Assembly (NCBI RefSeq): GCF_009914755.1
Contig: NC_060933.1
DNA length: 64,000 nucleotides
Strand: one strand, 5' to 3'
Source: the human T2T-CHM13v2.0 reference genome, Homo sapiens
Made by a program: the position numbers and the translations under genes. Shown piece by piece: positions 50,638-64,000 of the stretch. The notes below the pieces were generated by a model. The model was not told the origin of the DNA. It searched no databases and was given only the letters and a program-made list of their open reading frames with translations. Each line of letters starts with the position of its first letter. Within the stretch, counting starts at the first letter, position 1.

Positions 50638-50883
50638 GAGGTGGAGGGAAAGAGGAGAGGGTGTAGGGAAAGAGGAGAGGGTGTAGGGAAAGAGGGGAGG
50701 GTGTAGGGAAAGAGGAGAGGGTTTAGGGAAAGAGGAGAGGGTGTAAGGGAAGAGGAGAGGGTGGAGAGGTAGAGGGGAGGGTGGGGGAAAGAGGGGAGGG
50801 TGGAGAGATGGAGAGGAGGGTGGAGGGATAGAGGAAAGGGTGGAGGGATAGAGGGGAAGGTGGAGGGAAAGAAGAGAGGGTGG
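50638..50883 (+). repeat. G/A-rich minisatellite, left arm (20-bp unit gtgtagggaaagaggagagg)
   Basis: About 12 units with 20-nt period and essentially no C on the + strand. Confidence 0.95.
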
Positions 50884-51334
50884 GGGCGGTTCCAAGATGG
50901 CCGAATAGGAACAGCTCCAGTCTACAGCTCCCAGCGTGAGCAACACAGAAGATGGGTGATTTCTGCATTTCCAACTGAGGTACTGGGTTCATCTCATTGG
51001 GGCTTGTCGGACAGTGGGTGCAGGACAGGGGGTGCAGCACATTGAGCATTAGCCAAAGCAGGGCGAGGCATCGCCTCACCCAGGAAGCGCAAGGGGTCAG
51101 GGAATTCCCTTTCCTAGCCAAGGGAATCTGTGACAGACAGCACCTGGAAAATCGGGTCACTCCCACCCTAATACTACGCTTTTCCAATGGTCTTAGCAAA
51201 AGGCACACCAGGAGATTATATCCTGCGCCTGGCTCAGAGGGTACCACGCCCATGGAGCCTTGCTCATTGCTAGCACAGCAGTCTGAGATCAAACTGCAAG
51301 GCAGCAGCAAGGCTTGGTGAGGGGTGCCTGCCAT
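50723..51334 (-). CDS. L1 antisense ORF0, C-terminally extended (203 aa); translation unproven
   Basis: MAGTPHQALLLPCSLISDCCASNEQGSMGVVPSEPGAGYNLLVC..EKRSIRVGVTRFSRC is recognisably ORF0; ATG at 51334 in GCAATGG context; frame open to TAA at 50725-50723. Confidence 0.5.
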   Translation of the reverse strand: MAGTPHQALLLPCSLISDCCASNEQGSMGVVPSEPGAGYNLLVCLLLRPLEKRSIRVGVTRFSRCCLSQIPLARKGNSLTPCASWVRRCLALLWLMLNVLHPLSCTHCPTSPNEMNPVPQLEMQKSPIFCVAHAGSCRLELFLFGHLGTAPTLSSFPPPSPLSLHPFLYPSTLLSISPPSPLSPTLPSTSPPSPLPLHPLLFP

Positions 51335-51909
51335 TGCTGAGGCTTGAGTAGGTAAACAAAGTGGCCGGGAAGCTCGAACTGGGTGGAGCCCACCGCAGCT
51401 CAAGGAGGCCTGCCTGCCTCAGTAGACTCCATCTCTGGGGGCAGGGCATAGCTGAACAAAAGGCAGCAGAAACCTCTGCAGACTTAAATGTCCCTGTCTG
51501 ACAGCTTTGAAGAGAGTAGTGGTTCTCCCAGCATGGAGTTTGAGATCTGAGAACGGTCAGTCTGCCTCCTCAAGTGGGTCCCTGATCCCCGAGTAGCCTA
51601 ACTGGGAGGCATCCCCCAGTAGGGGCAGACTGACACCTCACATGGCCGGATACCCCTCTGAGATGAAGCTTCCAGAGGAATGATCAGGCAGCAACATTTG
51701 CTGTTCAGCAGTATTCACTGTTCTGCAGCCTCGGCTGCTGATACCCAGGCAAACAGGGTCTGGAATGGACCTCCAGCAAACTCCAACAGACCTGCAGCTG
51801 AGGGTCCTGACTGTTAAAAGGAAAACTAACAAACAGAAAGGACATCGACACCAAAACCACATCTGTACGTCACCATCATCAAAGACCAGAGGTAGATAAA
51901 ACCACAAAG

Positions 51910-52925
51910 ATGGGGAAAAAACAGAGCAGAAAACCTGAAAATTCTAAAAATCAGAGTGCCCCTCCTCCACCAAAGGAATGCAGCTCCTTGCCAGCAATGG
52001 AACAAAGCTGGACAGAGAATGACTTTGATGAGTTGAGAGAAGAAGGCTTCAGATGATCAAACTTCTCCGAGCTAAAGGAGGAAGTTCAAACCCATCGCAA
52101 AGAAGCTAAAACCCTTGAAAAAAGATTAGACAAATGGCTAACTAGAATAACCAGTGTAGAGAAGTCCTTAAATGACCTGATGGAGCTGAAAACCATGGCA
52201 TGAGAACTACGTGGCGAATGCCCAAGCCTCAGTAGCTGATTCGATCAACTGGAAGAAAGGGTATCAGTGATGGAAGATCGAATGAATGAAATGAAGTGAG
52301 AAGAGAAGTTTAGAGAAAAAAGAGTAAAAAGAAATGAACAAAGCCTCCAAGGAATGTGCGACTATGTGAAAAAAACAAATCTACATCTGATTGGTGTACC
52401 TGAAAGTGACGGGGAGAATGGAACCAAATTGGAAAACACTCTGCAGGATATTATCCAGGAGAACTTCCCCAACATAGCAATGCAGGCCAACATTCAAATT
52501 CAGGAAATACAGAGAACGCCACAAAGATACTCCTCGAGAAGAGCAACTCCAAGACACATAATTGTCAGATTCACCAAAGTTGAAATGAAGGAAAAAATGT
52601 TAAGGGCAGCCAGAGAAAAGGTCAGGTTACCCACAAAGGGAAGCCCATCAGACTAACAGTGGATCTCTCTGCAGAAACTCTACAAGCCAGAAGAGAGTGG
52701 GGGCCAATATTCAACATTCTTAAAGAAAAGAATTTTCAATGCAGAATTTCATATCCAGCCAAACTAAGCTTCATTAGTGAAGGAGAAATAAAATCCTTTA
52801 CAGAGAAGCAAATGATGAGAGATTTTGTCACCACCAGGCCTGCCCTAAAAGAGCTCCTGAAGGAAGCACTAAACATGGAAAGGAAGAACCAGTACCAGCC
52901 ACTGCAAAAACATGCCAAATTGTAA
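51910..52925 (+). pseudogene. L1 ORF1 (disrupted)
   Basis: ATGGGGAAAAAACAG at 51910; in-frame TGA at 52054 and 52201; frameshift near 52620; ORF-track pieces match ORF1p (..QKHAKL). Confidence 0.95.
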
Positions 52926-52988
52926 AGACCATCGAGGCTAGAAAGAAACTGCATCAACTAACGAGCAAAATAACCAGCTAACATCATA

Positions 52989-56799
<3,811 letters not shown>

Positions 56800-57012
56800 A
56801 CAATGAGAACACTTGGACACAGGAAGGGGAACATCATACACTGGGGCCTGTTGTGGGGTGGGGGTAGGGGGGAGGGATAGCATTAGGAGATATACCTAAT
56901 GTAAATGATGAGTTAATGGGTGCAGCACACCAACATGGCACATGTATACCTATGTAGCAAACCTGCACGTTGTGCACATGTACCCTAGAACTTAAAGTAT
57001 AATAAAAAAAAA

Positions 57013-57500
57013 AAAGAAAAAGGGTGGAGAGATGGAGGGGAGGGTGGGGGGATGGAGAGGAGGGTGGAGGGAAAGAAGAGAGGGTAGGGGGAAAGAGGGT
57101 AGGGTGGGGGGGTGGAGGGAAAGAGGAGAGGGTTGGGGGAGAGAGGGGAGGGTGGGGGGATGGAAGGGAGGGTGGAGGGAAGAGGAGAGGATGGAGGGGT
57201 AGAGGGGAGGGTGAAGGGAAAGAGGGGAGGGTGGGGGATGGAGGAGAGGGTGGAGAGAAAGGAGAGGGTGGGGGGGTGGAAGGGAGGGTGGAGGGAAAGG
57301 GGAGGGTGGAAAGATAGAGGTTAGGGTGGAGGGAAAGAGGGGAGGGTGGGGGGATGGAGGGGAGGGTAGAGAGATAGAGGAGAAGTTGGAAGGATAGAGG
57401 GGAGGGTGGAAGGGTAGAGGGGAGGGTGGAAGGAAAGAGGGGAGGGTGAGGGGGATGGAGGGGAAGTTGGAGGGATAGAGGGGAGGTGGGAAAAAAAGAG
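57013..57500 (+). repeat. G/A-rich minisatellite, right arm
   Basis: Degenerate ~20-bp units gggtggagggaaagagggga, same family as 50638-50883. Confidence 0.95.
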
Positions 57501-57504
57501 GCCT

Positions 57505-57660
57505 GGAGCTGGTGTTAGGAGGCCAGGGTCTAAACCCCACTTGAAAACCTACCTGGTGGATGACATGCACAGACTCTCTGGGCCTCAGTTTCCCATTCAC
57601 ATATAAGATGGGGAGGCCTTTATCCACTTCCCTAAGAGGGTTGTTGTGACAATTCAGAGC
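57505..57660 (+). mobile_element. MIR
   Basis: ctctctgggcctcagtttcccatt..aagatgggga..agagggttgttgtga. Confidence 0.8.
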
Positions 57661-58220
57661 AGTGTTAGAGTCCAAAGTCGGGTGAATGCCCCTGGGGAGT
57701 GTACAGGACCATCCTTTATAGTGTGAGTAGAAAGTCTTAGCATTTTTATTTTTTACTCAACAAGAAATTAGGCTTTACAAATATTTGATGTATGGATGGA
57801 CCATGACATCCACAATCAGCTGCGTGTTCTGGGCATGTCCTCAAAGAAAGAAGGGACTTTGCAAACGGGAAGGGGTTGGGAGCTCTATCCTCATTCATTC
57901 CCTTGCAGCCTTTGTGATGTTTGATTGCAATTTGCCACTTCTGGTGAGGCGGGTACGCAGAATACATTATCCAGCTTAAACTCAACAAACCCTGTTTCAA
58001 CAAACTGAAGAAGTGGCTTAAAAAGTTTTCATGAATTAAAAGCTAATTAAAATCTATAATGAACAATATCCACATAAACCAAAAAATGGCAGAGTTAACA
58101 CTTCACTGGGAAGAAGTTTTTGTTGTCGTCGTTGTTGAATCAGCCCCAGTAAGATGTGAAAAAAAAAACAGACTAATGATATCTGACAAGAAGTCGGCCC
58201 AAGAAGTTCAAAATTATCAA

Positions 58221-58812
<592 letters not shown>

Positions 58813-58849
58813 GAAGAAGACTTTTTGAATTAAAGAAAGATTTACATCT

Positions 58850-59087
58850 CCTCTCATTAATAGCACTATTGATTTTTATTTGATTTAACACATTATTTCA
58901 TTGTTATTACAAATTATGTGTTTTAAATGCCTATTTTGATGTATAATTCTATAATGTACACTTAGTTCAGTAGTACATGTGTATTACTTGTATTTATCAT
59001 GTGTGAATATATATATATACACACATGGTATGTGCTCAAAATATTTTACAGATTAGAGTATGTGAAAAAAATTTGAAGACCACTCTG
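58850..59087. mobile_element. hAT-Charlie (Charlie7-like) terminal fragment
   Basis: atgtgctcaaaatattttacagattagagtatgtgaaaaaaatttgaagaccact. Confidence 0.6.
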
Positions 59088-59584
59088 CATAATAAATGTG
59101 CAGGGGCTGGCCCATGAGACATGTTCAGTAAATGCTTGTTTCCATCCTCTTTCTCCCTGGAAATAAAGTCGATAGTGTGTGTGTGGACCTTGCTTATTAA
59201 AGGAAAGTGGCTGATTTGATTTCTGGAACAAGGTGCATCTCAAACTAGCTGGCAGCACTACCTCGGCCTGGCCCCATCCCAGCTGTTCACACCGAGTTCC
59301 AGACATTTGTAGGAGCCCGGACGAGGCCAGCTGGCTGCCTATCAGTGGCCTTCTTCTGTCAGCACTACACAGTTGTCACGGCTCACATCCAACCGCCAGA
59401 CAGCCAAGAAGGAGACGCCAAGATTTAAATCTGCAGTTCCTGACCTCCGCAACCACACCCGATTCTTTGGTTGGTCCTAGACAAAAACAACGGTTTTGCA
59501 GATTTGGGTTCTCTTTCTCAAACTGCCTTTTGATGATTTATTTGTGAGATATGATTGCTCCTCTTGCAAATCAGAGCTGGTTGC

Positions 59585-59790
59585 AGTAGCTAACTAACAT
59601 TTATTGAGCGAGTAGTATACCCAGGCTTCAGCTAAGTGCTTTCTGGAATTATTTAATTTTCACAGCAACCATGTAGAGTAAGTTCTGCCACTGGCACCAC
59701 TTTACAGATAAGCGAATGGAGACTTAGAAAGGTTAAGTAATTTTACTAGAGGAACATAAACTAACAGTGAAAGTGAGAAATCTCAGAGTC
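59585..59790 (-). mobile_element. MIR
   Basis: ctaacatttattgagcg..ctaagtgcttt..cacagcaacc..ttttacagataag..ggttaagtaa. Confidence 0.8.
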
Positions 59791-59849
59791 TCATTGGTCT
59801 GACAGCTATGTAAGGAACTGAGGGGATGTACCATTGCAAATCGTCAAAA

Positions 59850-60120
59850 TGGAAATACCCCAAATGCAATGCAGGACTCTGGATGCGATTCTGGAACAAA
59901 GAAAGAACACTTGTGGGGGAAAAAAAATAGTGCAACCCAGAGTCTTTATTTAACAGTATTGTATCAATGTTAATTTCTTAGTTTTGACAAATGCATCCTG
60001 GTTATGTAAGATGTTAGGATTATGGGAAGCTGGGTAATGAATAGATGGAGAGTTTCTGCACTATGTCTGTACTGTTTTTGTAAATGTACAATGATTCCAA
60101 AATAAAAGGTGTATTTAAGA
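59850..60120 (+). mobile_element. L1MC 3' end
   Basis: aaatgcaatgcagg..ctggaacaaag..agtattgtatcaatgttaatttcttagttttgacaaatg..ccaaaataaaag. Confidence 0.85.
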
Positions 60121-60418
60121 AACAGAAATGCCAAGTGTATATGTGTGAGTACACACGTGCTCGCACATGTGCATGTGTACAGTTGTGCATATGTAAGTCT
60201 TTGTGCATATGTAAGTGCCCCTTGCTGCACACCCCCTGCTGTTCTGTGTGTGCTGCTCCACTCAAGCCCCTGGGACTTACATGGATGTCAGCGAGAAGGA
60301 AGCCTACACAACTCACATGTGACATGCCCGCCATGCTCTCGTCATACCTCACCTGTGCTGTAGAACCCCTGGGTCACAGGTGGCAGTCTTGTTCCCCCAT
60401 AACAAATGCCAGAAAATG

Positions 60419-60419
<1 letters not shown>

Positions 60420-60449
<30 letters not shown>

Positions 60450-60477
60450 TGTGCACACACGCATGCACGCACACACG
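60420..60477. repeat. (TG)n followed by a (CA/CG)-rich alternating purine-pyrimidine tract
   Basis: tgtgtg..tgcatgtgcacacacgcatgcacgcacacacg. Confidence 0.9.
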
Positions 60478-61204
60478 CTCTGGTAGGGGGGTTTCAGGAA
60501 GTCATTCGTGAAGATGCAGTGTAGCATCCAGAATAAAATAACCAATTTACACCTTAAACACTCTTCTCCAGTAAGGCCACTACAGCTGCCTCTGCTTACT
60601 AAGTGCATTTGAAGAGTCCTCTGCTTTATCCGTACTCTATCCTCCTGAAAAGAGGCACTGACCTGAAAGGGAAGCCCAGGAGCTTCTAGGCCCAGACTTT
60701 TGCTTTGTTTCTCACCATGTGCTGTGTCAAAACTGAGAGAATATTTTGATCACCTTTTAGCTAAGAGCTATCTCCTGGGCAGCAGCTTAAGGCTAGAGTA
60801 AGGACATTTCACAGTTTAAGAGAGAGCAGTCACTCCGCCAAATGGCTCTGAGGTGGCCACAAAGTGCTTGACTTGCAAAAAATTGCTCCATTAACTAGAT
60901 TCAGGGATTTTCAGGATTTATGGGCTAGGCTGTGCTAATATTACTGTGGTGCTTCTCAGTATAATTGCTAGAGGCCTCCAGTGAGCAGAGGAATTGTGTG
61001 TTCAGTCTGTCCTGGGTGACCCTTACTGCGTAGTCCTAGGGAGACAAAGAAAACCCACTCAATCCAGGAGGCTACAGAAATGATGTTTGTGGAGATCTCA
61101 GTGGGTATCTAATCTGTAACCTCAGGGGGAGAACTCTAGCTGGTCTCAGTCTTTGCTGGAAACAGAACTTACTGGATGTGTGTGTTTACTCACTCATTCA
61201 TTTA

Positions 61205-61338
61205 TTTGTTTATTTATTTACTGTGACAGGGTCTTGCTATGTTATCCAGGCTATTCTTGAACTCCTGAGCTCAAGTGATCCTCCCACCTCATCTTCCAAA
61301 GTAGCTGAGATTACAGGTGCATGCTACCACACCCAGCC
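61205..61338 (-). mobile_element. FLAM Alu monomer inserted in an L2 tail
   Basis: gacagggtcttgctatgttatccagg..ctcaagtgatcctcccacctc; flanking cattcattta on both sides. Confidence 0.88.
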
Positions 61339-61720
61339 ATCATTCATTTACTTATTGAGTGTCTACCATGCACCAGATGCCCAGGTTAAGCATAAAGGAT
61401 ATAGAGCAGGACAATCAAAAAGTCTCAGATTCAGAAGGAGGAGATGGATAAAAACCAGCAAGATCTAAAGTAGATAATTTGATTATGATAAGCACAAATA
61501 AGCAGAGAATACATTGATGTGATACAGAGGGCCATGTGGGGGGCAGTGTGATTCCTTTAGATTGGGTGAATCAGGGTGATGGCTTTTCAGTTGACATTGG
61601 AAGAATGAGGAGGAAGGAGGAAGAAGTGGCAGCCGGGTAGGACAGCAGGTCTTCTCTGTCCCCCGAGTTCTTCTGATGTCCTGCACAGAAACCTGAGGGG
61701 TAGAGTAGCAAAGGAGAAAT
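61339..61720 (-). mobile_element. L2 fragment
   Basis: cattcatttacttattgagtgtctaccatgcaccag..aatcagggtgatggcttt. Confidence 0.65.
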
Positions 61721-62009
61721 CCAAGCTCAGGCTGGGAAAGAAGCTCATGGCACCAAGGTTAGGGCTTGTGATAACAGGGACCTGCTTCAAGAGAAAGGGA
61801 GGTGGGTGGCAGATTGGTCTCATGGCTGCCACCCACATAATTCTAAAGGTCTCCCAATGGGAGAACAGCCACCCTGGTAAGTGTCCAGCATCATACAAGG
61901 AGTCTCTGCCCATTGTGACTCTTGCTTGAGCCCCCACACTTAGCCCTCACCAAGCTGTGTGATTTAGGATTCAGGTGTTAGAACGGAGAAGGCACCAGGC
62001 CTACTGCAC

Positions 62010-62230
62010 CATATCAATGAAGCCTTTGCTTTGGGGAAAACAGAGCTGGGTACAAATACCAGTGCCACCCATTCTTCCCTCCATGCTCTGGACATTCAAC
62101 CCATCTGAGCCTTAATCCCTTCATCTGCAAAGTAAGGACCATGCAGTCTTCCTGGTAGTGTTGTAAGGCTCAGATAGAATAACCAGACAGTTCCAGGTGC
62201 ATATGGCACTCAGTGAGAATCCACTTGCTT
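62010..62230 (+). mobile_element. MIR
   Basis: acagagctgggtacaaataccagtgccac..ctgagccttaatcccttcatctgcaaa..gttgtaagg. Confidence 0.7.
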
Positions 62231-62533
62231 TATCCTCCCTCACTCCCTTCCTTCCTCCAGGAATAAAGAGTACACTAGTTGAAGAATATTTCTTTGCCTT
62301 CCTTCTTTAGCAGCTCCAATCCCAGCCTAACAGCACAATGAGCATCAGATGTGCTTTTTTGATGTTTGAAATTTATAGTCTCTGTTGAATGTTGGCCAGG
62401 ACAGCACTTCGTCATTTGAACAATTTCCATTTTCCACAAGCTCTCTGTGATTGATGACCTAACCAGGCACATGGCATTCCGTTCCACCAGCAATGTGGCC
62501 AGTGGGGAGATGGCTATGTCAGTAACACCTGTT

Positions 62534-63304
<771 letters not shown>

Positions 63305-63699
63305 GCCTGCGAGCACCTTGCCCCACCTGGCTGTAGGTGACTTTTGGTGCCACCATTTTTGACTCTTGTGGATAAAGAGCAGACTATATTCTTTTTATAA
63401 GTAAGTCCACCTTTTACAGAAAAATTAATAGCCAGGATCATGGTTTTAGAACTCATAGAATACACTCCTCTCATCCTCTCATTCTTTCCCCCACCCATTG
63501 GCTTATAAACTTGTTCCTATGAAATAAGTCAGCTGAGTTGAGTTTGTAAATGCATCTTGAATAAATGTGTTGGGTGGGGTCACAAACATGCAGACACCTG
63601 CTGGTGAGTGTTACTGACCTGCACTCTGAAAGGCCCCTATATTGATGATACTTCTTAATCTCCTATGGCTCTTCTTCAGCCCTGGGAGCAGGGGAGTGC

Positions 63700-63825
63700 A
63701 GACTTTTGTTCAACCCCTTTCACAGATGTGCACACTGAAGTCCCAGTGTGTCCAGTGACTTGCTCAAGGTCATCAGCACTGTCTGGTGGAGCTGGGACTC
63801 GAACCCAGTCCTCCTGCTCTCAGCT
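63700..63825 (-). mobile_element. MIR
   Basis: cccctttcacagatgtgcacactgaag..gtgacttgctcaaggtca..ggagctgggactcgaacccag. Confidence 0.8.
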
Positions 63826-64000
63826 GTGGGAAATGGAGACAGCAGTTGCCCTGGAAGATGTTTCCTGTGCTGCGTGTTTGTGGTTGTCTCAGGATTTGTG
63901 AGACTTACTGTTTTCTTGTGTCCCCTGTCCCTGTGACTTATCTTTGTGCCCACTCAGCCATCACCACTTCCAACACACACCCACACCTGTGGAGAGAATG

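Noticed and set aside
56992-57675. 227-aa proline-rich ORF and overlapping Gly/Glu-rich ORFs
   Set aside because: Translation artefacts of the stop-poor G/A minisatellite.

Overview
Primate (very probably human) non-coding genomic DNA, intronic or intergenic, made largely of transposable-element remnants. No protein-coding exon of a cellular gene can be supported. The large landmarks are a full-length but inactivated L1PA (about L1PA5; 50884-57012, +) inside a G/A-rich minisatellite, a second 1.2 kb L1PA 3' copy (40635-41875), a complete two-LTR THE1C provirus (23228-25539) nested in MLT1A nested in L2, and a second long L2. There are also about a dozen Alu/FLAM/FRAM elements, many MIRs, several MaLR solo LTRs, hAT-type MITEs (MER5A, MER20, MER53, MER58B, MER91A, MER119) and a U2 snRNA fragment. 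Unique stretches carry a strong CTCF motif (33549-33567), a full YY1 motif and an ETS-IRF/CRE motif cluster. I found no convincing new biological system. The best second-look items are: (i) an intact L1 antisense ORF0 that reads out of the element into the minisatellite (203 aa); (ii) a 67-nt intron-like unit with near-consensus splice signals followed by AATAAA; (iii) two odd insertions bracketed by apparent target-site duplications (TSDs), namely an Alu monomer with cargo and a poly(A) orphan inside MLT1A; (iv) variants shared by the two neighbouring L1PA copies. Repeat subfamily names come from my recollection of consensus sequences and need RepeatMasker/Dfam confirmation; boundaries of old repeats are approximate.
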